Shown: piece after piece, positions 22,654 through 31,372 of the stretch
Layout of the letters: each line of letters starts with the position of its first letter
Position numbering within the stretch: position 1 is the first letter of the stretch
NCBI GenBank assembly: GCA_046116545.1
Contig: CP175956.1
Coordinates: forward strand, 257,734-321,733
Reading direction: 5' to 3'
DNA: 64,000 bases
DNA from: Candidatus Moraniibacteriota bacterium
GTDB taxonomy: Bacteria; Patescibacteriota; Minisyncoccia; Moranbacterales; GCA-2747515
Notes under the pieces: generated by a model
What the model was told of the DNA's origin: nothing
Seen by the model: the letters and a program-made list of their open reading frames with translations, nothing else
The model's database searches: none
Program-made: the position numbers and the translations under genes

Positions 22654-23244
22654 TTATTGAATTAAAAAATTAATGTCACTTTTTTCACATAAAGTCTTAA
22701 ATTGTTTCTTTGCCCTATTTATATGAGTCGCCACAGTTCCTGGTGGTTTTTTTAAAATATCTGAAATCTCATCATAACTTTTATCTTCTATAAATTTCAA
22801 AACTAATACTTCTCTATATTTATCATCCATTTGTATAAATACATCTTTCATCTTATCAATCATGAACTCATCATCTATGTTTTTTATTACATCATGAGAA
22901 TCAATAACTCTTTCAAAAAATTCATCATCAACTTGAATTGAATTGCCTTGTGGTCTTGATTTATTTTTTCTCCATGCACTTATTGTTTCATTGTGCACTA
23001 TCCGATACATCCAAGAAGAGAAAGCTAACTTATCATCAAAACTATTTAAATTTTGATATGCCTTCAAGAAACTATCCTGCAAAATATCTTCAGCCTCTTC
23101 ATTTGTAACAGCTGAAATTCTTTTAATATAAGCCATAAACCTAGACTCATATCTTTCCATGATAATACCAAAAACAGCTGGATCTTTTTTAGTCAAAGAT
23201 ACAAGTTCTATATCTGTCTTATTGTAAATATCACTATTTTCCAT
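22654..23244 (-). CDS. ECF RNA polymerase sigma-70 factor (SigW-like)
   Basis: AEDILQDSFLKAY, FSSWMYRI, SYDEISDIL..PPGTVATHINRA. Confidence 0.93.
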   Translation of the reverse strand: MENSDIYNKTDIELVSLTKKDPAVFGIIMERYESRFMAYIKRISAVTNEEAEDILQDSFLKAYQNLNSFDDKLAFSSWMYRIVHNETISAWRKNKSRPQGNSIQVDDEFFERVIDSHDVIKNIDDEFMIDKMKDVFIQMDDKYREVLVLKFIEDKSYDEISDILKKPPGTVATHINRAKKQFKTLCEKSDINFLIQ

Positions 23245-23269
23245 GAATTAATATCTAACTACAATCTAT

Positions 23270-23295
23270 TACGTTATTTAGACTTTTTTCTTTCA
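23270..23295 (-). promoter_or_regulatory. ECF autoregulatory promoter
   Basis: TGAAAG-N16-CGTA on minus strand about 25 bp upstream of sigma ATG. Confidence 0.65.
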
Positions 23296-23302
23296 ATTAC
23301 AC

Positions 23303-23782
23303 CTATTTAACAAGTCTCACTGATTTAGCAAAAAAATAGACAATATCATCTAGACAACATGCCAGTTTATCAGCTATAGAATCCTCTTTGCAACGATACC
23401 TTTTTACTCTAATGTGTTCAGCCTTTATAAATTGTGCAAATAAGCCATCTGTTAAATATTTGTCCCCTATAGTAACAACATCACAAATGTCACCGTCTAT
23501 ATAATGTAATACTTTTTTATTTGGCTTTTTATATGGTGATTCAATGTAAGGCAAATTTATACTTTTTGCTATTTCTCGGCTTCTTACACCATTATAATTA
23601 TTTGAAAATACATAGACTGAATTATTTTTTTGTAATTTTCTTATGATTACTAAAACATTTTCATCAATGGTTTTTTTTGAGCTACACGCCAATGTTCCAT
23701 CAATGTCCAAAATGACAATTGAATCATTTATTTCTGAATAATCAATCTCATGAAAAAAAATGTCTTTCTGTTTTATTATCAT
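23303..23782 (-). CDS. HAD IIIA phosphatase (YqeG-like)
   Basis: ILDIDGTL, FSNN, KKP, IGDKYLTD motifs. Confidence 0.85.
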   Translation of the reverse strand: MIIKQKDIFFHEIDYSEINDSIVILDIDGTLACSSKKTIDENVLVIIRKLQKNNSVYVFSNNYNGVRSREIAKSINLPYIESPYKKPNKKVLHYIDGDICDVVTIGDKYLTDGLFAQFIKAEHIRVKRYRCKEDSIADKLACCLDDIVYFFAKSVRLVK

Positions 23783-23791
23783 AAAAATATA

Positions 23792-24205
23792 TTACTTACA
23801 TTCCTTGCAAATTCCAAAAAGCTCAAAAGTATGTTCTGTTATACTATTAAATTTACAACTACCCTTTTCTATTTCTTTTATCACTTTTTTCAAATTACAA
23901 TTATTAATATCTTCAATCATACCACATTCCTTACATATAATATGATGATGATGAGGTAATGCAGCTAATTCAAAAAATCTACTATCTCCACATACATGTA
24001 CAGCCCTAACTATTCCCTTTTGTAAAAAAATATCAACAATCCTATAAATAGTTACATTATCAATGCAGTTAATATTTTCATCTATATCTTTAACACAGAC
24101 TGGCCTTTTGACATCATCAAAAAAATTCAAAACATAAATCCTAGAATTTGTAGCCTTTAATCCTACATCATGTAGTAATTGTTTATATTCTTTTTTCTTA
24201 TCCAT
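23792..24205 (-). CDS. Fur-family metal-responsive regulator (Zur-like); likely start ATG 24205
   Basis: GLKATNSR, VTIYR, HHHHIICKECG, FELFGICKEC. Confidence 0.9.
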   Translation of the reverse strand: MDKKKEYKQLLHDVGLKATNSRIYVLNFFDDVKRPVCVKDIDENINCIDNVTIYRIVDIFLQKGIVRAVHVCGDSRFFELAALPHHHHIICKECGMIEDINNCNLKKVIKEIEKGSCKFNSITEHTFELFGICKECK

Positions 24206-24249
24206 ACAAATTAATTTATAACTAACACTTGCATCTAGACTATCATAAA

Positions 24250-24264
24250 TGCAACTTACTTGCA
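24250..24264. promoter_or_regulatory. Palindromic operator between divergent Fur-family and ZIP genes
   Basis: TGCAA-cttac-TTGCA, overlapping a minus-strand TTGCAA-N17-TAGTCT promoter candidate. Confidence 0.55.
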
Positions 24265-24269
24265 ATTAC

Positions 24270-24298
24270 TTGACAACATCCCCTATTGTTTATAGAAT
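24270..24298 (+). promoter_or_regulatory. Sigma-70 promoter of ZIP transporter
   Basis: TTGACA-N17-TAGAAT. Confidence 0.75.
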
Positions 24299-24327
24299 AG
24301 AACAGTTATTAAAAATAAATACATAAT

Positions 24328-25143
24328 ATGATTTTATATATAATATTATCTGCATTCGCTGTAATGCTAGCTTCTTTAGTTGGAGTACTTTTTGTGTGGA
24401 AAGGATTTGGAGGTCTTATCCAAAAAAATTCCAAATATCTAACTGCATTCGCTGGTGGTGTATTTGCAGTACTTGCCTACTCTCTAATTAGAGAAACGTT
24501 TCATCTTTCAGAATCAATATTAATCACAATATCAAGTATTTTATTTGGAATTATCCTAATAGAAATAATTACAAGATTTATGCCATCAGGACATCATCAT
24601 CACTCTCTTCCGCCGGACTGCGGAAATAAACATTCCTGCATAGACGCACAACGCATGATGTGGAGTGATGCTTTTCATAATGTTGGTGATGGAATACTTA
24701 TAGTAGGTGCTTTTATGGTGAATGTACATGTTGGGATAGTAGCTACAGTTGGGATTTTTCTACACGAAATAGTACAAGAAATCTCTGAATTTTTTGTTTT
24801 CAAAGAGGCTGGTTATTCGACTAAGAAAGCCTTACTCTATAATTTCATAATATCTGGCAGTATATTTATAGGTATTGCACTCACTTTATTATTATCATCT
24901 GTAGCTTGGTTGATGGCTCCACTAATGGGATTTGCAGCTGGAGGATTTATATATGTACTTATCCGAGATATAATACCTCACACATTTCACAATGCAAAAA
25001 AAACCAGCACATTCATACAACACTTAATAATTTTTTTAGTTGGTATAGTTATGATGTTTGTAGTAAATAATATCGTACCACACTCACATGAACATCATGC
25101 TGAACATGACCCAACTGAAATCTCTCATGATATACATCCATAA
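24328..25143 (+). CDS. ZIP-family metal (zinc) transporter
   Basis: About 8 TM, GHHHHS loop, DAFHNVGDG and HEIVQE metal motifs, His-rich C-tail. Confidence 0.92.
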   Translation: MILYIILSAFAVMLASLVGVLFVWKGFGGLIQKNSKYLTAFAGGVFAVLAYSLIRETFHLSESILITISSILFGIILIEIITRFMPSGHHHHSLPPDCGNKHSCIDAQRMMWSDAFHNVGDGILIVGAFMVNVHVGIVATVGIFLHEIVQEISEFFVFKEAGYSTKKALLYNFIISGSIFIGIALTLLLSSVAWLMAPLMGFAAGGFIYVLIRDIIPHTFHNAKKTSTFIQHLIIFLVGIVMMFVVNNIVPHSHEHHAEHDPTEISHDIHP

Positions 25144-25162
25144 ATTTCATTAAATTTACACT

Positions 25163-25199
25163 AAAAAAATCACACCGTTTCTATAAGTGTGATTTTTTT
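25163..25199. terminator. Bidirectional terminator
   Basis: AAAAAAATCACAC...GTGTGATTTTTTT between convergent genes. Confidence 0.75.
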
Positions 25200-25218
25200 A
25201 TTTCTAATTTATTCAACT

Positions 25219-25839
25219 TTACATCTGTGGCATATTTGGAATTTCGGGTAATCCATCCATACCAGGCATATTTGGCATTTGTTCTTTAAATTTTTCCAAT
25301 TCTTTTTTCATGATATCACACTGATCTGTGAAAGTAATGTTTTTTGGAATTGAAAAATCAGCATCTGTTGCGGCTGAACAACTAATTTTTCCAGCTTCTT
25401 CTTCAGCTTCTAAACTTTCAACTGTAAATTCATCTTCAAAAATCTCATCTTCAGGCATTTCCATATCCATATTTTCTGGCATCATAGCATCAAAACATTT
25501 TGGATCCATTTTTTCACCAGTTGTAGATCCTTCTTCCCACAAATATGTAACACCTTCTGTCATTACCATGATTTGTTTTTTGCCATTCTCTGTTCCTTCA
25601 GTTCTCATATTTGTACCATTTGTATATGTAACCCAATCGTCCTCACTGCTTACACATTTCATTGCAACTCCATTTTTCATTGCATCTTGCAAACCTCCCA
25701 CAATTCCTTTACCTTCATCAATCTTATTAGTTACATCATCTTTCATATTAGCAACCTGCTCTCCACACCCACTTAACATCATTACTCCAGCAACCACACC
25801 AATCACAGAAGCACTTTTTATAGCCTTTATATTTTTCAT
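25219..25839 (-). CDS. Putative lipoprotein with Met/Pro-rich C-terminus
   Basis: Lipobox LSG|C after hydrophobic stretch. Confidence 0.7.
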   Translation of the reverse strand: MKNIKAIKSASVIGVVAGVMMLSGCGEQVANMKDDVTNKIDEGKGIVGGLQDAMKNGVAMKCVSSEDDWVTYTNGTNMRTEGTENGKKQIMVMTEGVTYLWEEGSTTGEKMDPKCFDAMMPENMDMEMPEDEIFEDEFTVESLEAEEEAGKISCSAATDADFSIPKNITFTDQCDIMKKELEKFKEQMPNMPGMDGLPEIPNMPQM

Positions 25840-25899
25840 AAAAAATATTATTAATTAACTTATGACTTTAATTATAAATCAAACGAAAAACTCACGCAA

Positions 25900-26502
25900 C
25901 TAATCTTTTTCCGAAAGAAAATTCTCAATACTTTCCTCACCTACATAAACTTCAACTTCATCTATTTCTGGATATGGCAATAATGTCTCACGAATTTGAG
26001 CTGTTATCCGTGGTGCATCACAGGTCCCTCCAGTCATTAATTTATCTGAAAATTTAACAATAGCAATTCCATTTTCAATATCAAAACTAATAATCTCCAA
26101 CTTATCAGATAATAAAAACGCATTATACTCTCCACTTTTGAAATCAATTTCTTTTAAATATATTAACTTTTCAAGTGCTTCTTCTGGTGATAAGTTTTCA
26201 CCTACCACAACTTCTAATAATTTATCATCACACCCAATTAAGTCCTCAGAATAATTTTCCTCCCAACTTACTGAACCATCTATGCTCACTATATAAACAG
26301 AAGACATTTCATCCACTTGGTCAGTTACATCATTTACAAATATTTTTTCTTCATAAATACACTGCTCTGGATAACTCTCCATCACAGGATTTCCTGCTGC
26401 CACACACGCTTCAAAGTCATTTACTTCACTTACAATATTCAATTTACTACATCCAGTAATTACAAATAACGATATGATAAATAAACTGCTAATTTTTTTC
26501 AT
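25900..26502 (-). CDS. Putative lipoprotein with C-terminal GerMN-like domain
   Basis: Lipobox ITG|C; FEACVAAGNPVMESYPEQC module; GGTC...AQIRETL..YPEIDEV GerMN pattern. Confidence 0.7.
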   Translation of the reverse strand: MKKISSLFIISLFVITGCSKLNIVSEVNDFEACVAAGNPVMESYPEQCIYEEKIFVNDVTDQVDEMSSVYIVSIDGSVSWEENYSEDLIGCDDKLLEVVVGENLSPEEALEKLIYLKEIDFKSGEYNAFLLSDKLEIISFDIENGIAIVKFSDKLMTGGTCDAPRITAQIRETLLPYPEIDEVEVYVGEESIENFLSEKD

Positions 26503-27079
26503 ATTTTTTTATGTTAATAACAAATGCAATTATTGTAACAAGGGTAATTATAATCATTGCAACAATAGCAAATTCACTTTCCAGTGCTAATGCTTCATAA
26601 ATTCCTCCAGTATAAAAATATACGTATGCAAGTTTTTGAATGCGTTTCCAATTTTGTTTCAATAGCATCATTGATAAATTGTTTGATGTAATCAATAGAA
26701 TCAAAGCTGTAATATCACCGATGTGTGCAAATAGCATATAACTATCCAAAGACCAATATTCTTTTGTAAACATTGATGCTATATATTGTGATTCTGGTGA
26801 AATGATATGTCCAATTACAAATCCCACAATGATTGATGCTGACAAAATTCCAAATCCCTTTCTTAAGTAAACTAATTTTCGCAACCACTTTTGACTTCTA
26901 AAAATATCAGCAAGGGGACGAATTAACATTACCAAAAAAACTGATATGAAAGATACCTTATATAAGGTGCTTTCTAGTTTTATATAGTCATCACCAAAGG
27001 CAACTAATAACGGTAGTATGGAGAGTACAAACAATGAAATGCCTATAATGATATTTTGAATAATTCGCAATATTTTCAT
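26489..27079 (-). CDS. Ferric reductase-like / MsrQ-like transmembrane protein
   Basis: About 6 TM; LRKGFGI, LLITSN...L..NWKRIQKLAY resembles the MsrQ W..LH.L.Y motif. Confidence 0.75.
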   Translation of the reverse strand: MKILRIIQNIIIGISLFVLSILPLLVAFGDDYIKLESTLYKVSFISVFLVMLIRPLADIFRSQKWLRKLVYLRKGFGILSASIIVGFVIGHIISPESQYIASMFTKEYWSLDSYMLFAHIGDITALILLITSNNLSMMLLKQNWKRIQKLAYVYFYTGGIYEALALESEFAIVAMIIITLVTIIAFVINIKKYEKN

Positions 27080-27085
27080 AATTAT

Positions 27086-27976
27086 TTATTTAAATTTATC
27101 TGACTTAAGTATATCACCATTTTCACATATAATCACAAATTTAATTTGTTGTTTATCAAAAAACTGTCTCACCTTTTGTGAACCAAGTGTTATAGCAAGC
27201 GTTGCATAGGCATCCGCAACTGAACCATCTCTATGTATTACACTTGCAGAAATCACATCTGTTTTTGTACTATCTTTTGTATCAGTATTTAATATATGAT
27301 GTTTTACTTTTCCATCTTTACCCCATCGCCTTTTATATGTTCCACTTGTACATACTGCCTCATTTTCAATAATAACTGAAATATTTTTCGTCTTATCAAG
27401 TGGATGTATAATTTCTATAATAAATTTCTCATCATTATAATCTTTACCTCGCACATACATATCACCTCCTATATTAATGATAATTCCTCCAGAACTTTCC
27501 ATTTTTTGTGCGATTTTTTGTGCAACATATCCTTTTAAAAAACCTCCAAAATCTAACTTTTGTGAATCTTGCAAAATAAATCTATCTGTCAAAATTGTTA
27601 CCTCATTTAAATTTATATTATAATTTGTATCATTTATATTATCCGTCTCCACATCAGTAATTTTTTCAAATGATTTATCATATCCAATACGAGCTACTTG
27701 CATAAGTGGGTTAAATCGTTTTTGAGTCTTTTCATAAAGATTATAAGCAATCTCATAAACCTCCAAAAACTCTACAGATACATTTGCTGATTTACTTCTA
27801 TTAATAAAAGATAATTCACTATTATGATCAAAACGAGAAAATTTATCTTCATACAATTTTGCAATAGCAACAGCCTGTGTAAAATAACTATCCGCTTGAA
27901 CAGTTGATTCTGCAATAAAAGTCATATCAAAATTACATCCCATCACCTCTGTATGATAATTGTATTCTTGTGTCAT
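27086..27976 (-). CDS. apbE: FAD:protein FMN transferase (ApbE family)
   Basis: VMG, FSRF..NSELS.IN, LDFGGFLKGY, INIGGD, CTSGTYKR, HHIL, ADAYAT; no evident signal peptide. Confidence 0.92.
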   Translation of the reverse strand: MTQEYNYHTEVMGCNFDMTFIAESTVQADSYFTQAVAIAKLYEDKFSRFDHNSELSFINRSKSANVSVEFLEVYEIAYNLYEKTQKRFNPLMQVARIGYDKSFEKITDVETDNINDTNYNINLNEVTILTDRFILQDSQKLDFGGFLKGYVAQKIAQKMESSGGIIINIGGDMYVRGKDYNDEKFIIEIIHPLDKTKNISVIIENEAVCTSGTYKRRWGKDGKVKHHILNTDTKDSTKTDVISASVIHRDGSVADAYATLAITLGSQKVRQFFDKQQIKFVIICENGDILKSDKFK

Positions 27977-28020
27977 ATAGTTTATACTACTAGGTACTTT
28001 ATTACATTATAAATAATTTT

Positions 28021-28410
28021 ATGCAAAAAAACTTAATATATGTATTAGTTAGCTTCCTAAGTGTAGCATTAATCATATCAATTGGCACAAATATTGCATA
28101 TCGCACAAATGTAATAGCCGATTTAAAAAATGACTTTCAAAAAACTGCTGAAGAGCATCAACAAAAAATTAATGAAAAAGATGGTAGCATTGCAAGACTA
28201 GAAGAAGAACTGAATATTTCCTTACAAAAACAAACTGAAGCAGAAACTAAATTGAAAGAAAAATTAGCAGAAGAAGAGCGTATCAGATTAGAAGAAGAAC
28301 GACGAAAACAAGAAGCTCGTATTGCTGCAGAAAAAAAAGCCGCTTCAGCAGCTGCTGAAGCCGCTCGTATTGCTGCAGAGGAAGACAGCAAAAAATCAAA
28401 AGCCTCCTAG
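28021..28410 (+). CDS. Membrane-anchored coiled-coil protein ending in KKSKAS
   Basis: N-terminal TM, long E/K/A-rich helix; divergent from apbE with only 44 bp between. Confidence 0.75.
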   Translation: MQKNLIYVLVSFLSVALIISIGTNIAYRTNVIADLKNDFQKTAEEHQQKINEKDGSIARLEEELNISLQKQTEAETKLKEKLAEEERIRLEEERRKQEARIAAEKKAASAAAEAARIAAEEDSKKSKAS

Positions 28411-28439
28411 ACTAAAGAGTGTCCATTATTTCAAAACTT

Positions 28440-28476
28440 AAAACTCACTTATCTTGTTTAAATAAGTGAGTTTTTT
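28440..28476. terminator. Bidirectional terminator
   Basis: AAAACTCACTTAT...ATAAGTGAGTTTTTT. Confidence 0.75.
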
Positions 28477-28495
28477 AATATATGTTATACACGTT

Positions 28496-28663
28496 CTAAC
28501 TTGCTTGTGATATTTTTGAAATAAATTCTTGAAATTTGTTATTATGTTTTTTATCCGCATCATTCACAACTTCATCTTCAGTAATATTTTCATTATCAAT
28601 ATCAAAATAAACATCATCCTCACTTTCGACATTATTTTCATTCACACCTTTATCTTGTGTCAT
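28496..28663 (-). CDS. Small acidic hypothetical protein (55 aa)
   Basis: Read manually: MTQDKGVNENNVESEDDVYFDIDNENITEDEVVNDADKKHNNKFQEFISKISQAS; fills gap before terminator. Confidence 0.5.
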   Translation of the reverse strand: MTQDKGVNENNVESEDDVYFDIDNENITEDEVVNDADKKHNNKFQEFISKISQAS

Positions 28664-28695
28664 ATTTTGATATTGCTATTTTTTTAAAATGAACC

Positions 28696-28995
28696 CTAAA
28701 TAACCTCTATGAACTTTTCTTCCATTGTTTCCATATTTGCAATTTTTGCGAATGCTTTCATGTTTTCCTCAAAAGCTGGACTTTCTAGAATTTTTCTAAA
28801 TTCTTTTTGTTGTTCCATACTTTCCCATTTCACAACACAATAAATTTTACCAGCTTCATCCACTGCTGAATCTCTAGAGATAAACCCATCAACTGATTGC
28901 AATTGCGCTGTAATACCAGCTGACATTTGTTTCCAATCCTCCAATAAATTTTGATCATTCAATTCGAACGTTACTATCAATATTATACTTTTCAT
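28696..28995 (-). CDS. ABM-like (dimeric alpha+beta barrel) protein
   Basis: DGFISR...YCVVKWESME pattern, 99 aa. Confidence 0.65.
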   Translation of the reverse strand: MKSIILIVTFELNDQNLLEDWKQMSAGITAQLQSVDGFISRDSAVDEAGKIYCVVKWESMEQQKEFRKILESPAFEENMKAFAKIANMETMEEKFIEVI

Positions 28996-29125
28996 TTTTT
29001 TGTTATTAAATTATTATTAGTCTCATTATAACACATACTATATATGAGCACTCTAATTCATAACAAATTCCTTCAGACAAAGAATGGTCACATTAAATAT
29101 ACATTTAATGTGGTCATTAAACACC

Positions 29126-29737
29126 CTACTCTAATACAATATTCAAATTTTTTAAATCTTGATACAACTTATCAAAATTTTGAAATAAAATTGGAGTATA
29201 TCCAACATCTCCCGAAGTTTCTAGACTTTTTGGCGTATCATCTATATATACTAACTCATCTGGTTGTACATTTAACATATTACAAAAACTAGAAAATGCT
29301 TCAACATTCGGCTTCATAACACCCATTTCAGAGGAAATTCCTACTACATCAAAATAATTATCAATTTTTTGTTCTTCTAACATTTGATGCAAACCACTAT
29401 TATAATTACTCAAAAGTCCAATCTTGTATCCAGCAGTTTTCAGAACTTTAATCAATTCCACAACATCCAAATTTAATTTTTGATCCCTTCCCCATCTGAC
29501 AATAAACTCCATGATAGCTTCTTGCTTATCAGCACAATTCAATTCCACTGCTATATGTTTCCACAGTTCTTCCCAAGTCATCTCTCCAAGATTAAGCCTA
29601 TTATTATTTTGAAAATACACTTTCAATAATTTATCTGATTCTACATTGAATATAGCTGCAGCACCATCATTAAATGCCATGCTAGACCGTCCAAAAATCA
29701 CACCACCATAATCAAATCCTATTGCTTTGTATTTCAT
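29126..29737 (-). CDS. HAD-family hydrolase (subfamily IA)
   Basis: FDYGGV, LLSN, MKP, YIDD motifs. Confidence 0.88.
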   Translation of the reverse strand: MKYKAIGFDYGGVIFGRSSMAFNDGAAAIFNVESDKLLKVYFQNNNRLNLGEMTWEELWKHIAVELNCADKQEAIMEFIVRWGRDQKLNLDVVELIKVLKTAGYKIGLLSNYNSGLHQMLEEQKIDNYFDVVGISSEMGVMKPNVEAFSSFCNMLNVQPDELVYIDDTPKSLETSGDVGYTPILFQNFDKLYQDLKNLNIVLE

Positions 29738-29779
29738 ATTTTTTTGACATTATTACAAATTTAAATATATCTATTAACA

Positions 29780-30400
29780 TTAGTCCACTTCCATCAATGG
29801 CACAAACGAAAATCCATAAAAATATTTCATTTTACCTTCTGTCTCTGTATATTTAATGTATAATACAATATCATTTTTTACAGGAATTACCATTTGACCA
29901 CCAATAGCTAATTGTGAAATAAGATCTTTTGGAATTTCTGCACATGTTGCAGATACAAGAATTCTGTCATATGGTGCAAATTCTGGTAGACCATAAGAAG
30001 TACCTGATTGCTGAATTGATACATGTGACATATTATATTTAGCGAGATTTTTTTGTCCATACATTACTAACTCTGACACAAGTTCTACACCACGCACAAA
30101 TCCTGACACTCCCACAATTTCACCCATTAATGCCGTAGTCCATCCTGACCCTGCACCAACATCAAGCACTTTATCGCCTACTTGTAACTCTAGCAGTTCT
30201 AACATAAAAGCAACAGTTCTTGGCTGTGATATCGTCTGTCCATACCCTATCGGCAATGGACGATCTTCAAAAGTATTTGCTACATATTCACTCAAAACAA
30301 AATCTGCACGATTAACCGTTTTAAATGCATCAATAACATTTGGCGTTGTCATAACTCCTGTAGACAAGAGGTAGTCAACTAATTCTTTTTGTGTATTCAT
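29780..30400 (-). CDS. pcm: Protein-L-isoaspartate O-methyltransferase
   Basis: PLPIGYGQTISQP, VLDVGAGSGW, APYDRILVSA, FVPL. Confidence 0.93.
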   Translation of the reverse strand: MNTQKELVDYLLSTGVMTTPNVIDAFKTVNRADFVLSEYVANTFEDRPLPIGYGQTISQPRTVAFMLELLELQVGDKVLDVGAGSGWTTALMGEIVGVSGFVRGVELVSELVMYGQKNLAKYNMSHVSIQQSGTSYGLPEFAPYDRILVSATCAEIPKDLISQLAIGGQMVIPVKNDIVLYIKYTETEGKMKYFYGFSFVPLMEVD

Positions 30401-30464
30401 ATCTCTATCTATTTATCAATATCTTTTCACTAAAAGATATTGATATCAACTCAAATTGTTAAAA

Positions 30465-30863
30465 TTATTTTTTTGCACGAAACATATAGAAAAGAAGAAT
30501 TGGCAATCCTACAACAATAAGAGCAAAACCATCGATCATTGCATGTTTTTTGCGATTAACGAATTGTATTTGTTCACGTTTGTTTTCACGCGCAATACAT
30601 TGCTCGTACTGTTCTAATCTATCTTCTTCTGAAAGCTGCTTCTGTGTTATCACATAATTCCCTGTTTGTTGCGGATTAGTATATGGCGCATCTATTATTT
30701 GATCACATTGATATGCTCGAAAATCTTCATCTGAACGAATATCGAATACATATAATTTAAGAAATGCACCTAAAAACATAACAGATCCAATGGCGATCAT
30801 AATTACCCCCACACTTGACCCTATAACATTGATAAGATTCTTAATAATTTCTATAGCTCTCAT
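30465..30863 (-). CDS. Hypothetical membrane protein (2 TM, Cys pair in loop)
   Basis: Two hydrophobic helices, C-terminal IVGLPILLF. Confidence 0.7.
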   Translation of the reverse strand: MRAIEIIKNLINVIGSSVGVIMIAIGSVMFLGAFLKLYVFDIRSDEDFRAYQCDQIIDAPYTNPQQTGNYVITQKQLSEEDRLEQYEQCIARENKREQIQFVNRKKHAMIDGFALIVVGLPILLFYMFRAKK

Positions 30864-30926
30864 ATTCTTTTATTAACATTTAAACACATATTAAAGGCTG
30901 CTAACCCTCTTAACATACGAAATACG

Positions 30927-31295
30927 TTATTGTCTAATTCTATGCGGAACTTGCTTTTCCCTTTCGTGACGTACATCAGGTTTATAAAGTTTTGTTTCAT
31001 ATGTACAATTTTGTCCACATACTTGATCTACTGCCTTCTTGATTTGCTCATCGCCTTTGTTATCTCTCAATTTTCGCAATGGACCAGCATTATCAACATA
31101 AATTACTACATGATCATTCTTGTGATTAATTTCCTTCACATGTTCACTTATCAAATCACGTGTGTGTCCATGCGTAATAGCAAGTGCAAATACCTTAATA
31201 TCGTGTTTCATAAGCATAAAACTAATAATTATACATAATAACCTCTCATTATATAATACACATTTCATGGACTTTTTATTTCGGTTATATCCCAT
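30927..31295 (-). CDS. Hypothetical protein (true start may be internal)
   Basis: ORF with plausible composition; no recognised motif. Confidence 0.55.
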   Translation of the reverse strand: MGYNRNKKSMKCVLYNERLLCIIISFMLMKHDIKVFALAITHGHTRDLISEHVKEINHKNDHVVIYVDNAGPLRKLRDNKGDEQIKKAVDQVCGQNCTYETKLYKPDVRHEREKQVPHRIRQ

Positions 31296-31372
31296 CTGTA
31301 GTTTTCACAAAATCCAAAAGCTCCAAAGTAATGCCTACAAAAAAAGTTCTTGAAAAAGAGCTTTTTTATGTG

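Noticed and set aside
24206-24265. N-terminal extension of the Fur ORF from a non-ATG start
   Set aside because: Overlaps the promoter/operator; ATG at 24205 gives a normal-length Fur protein.
25328-25858. 176-aa plus-strand ORF
   Set aside because: Antisense to the lipoprotein gene.
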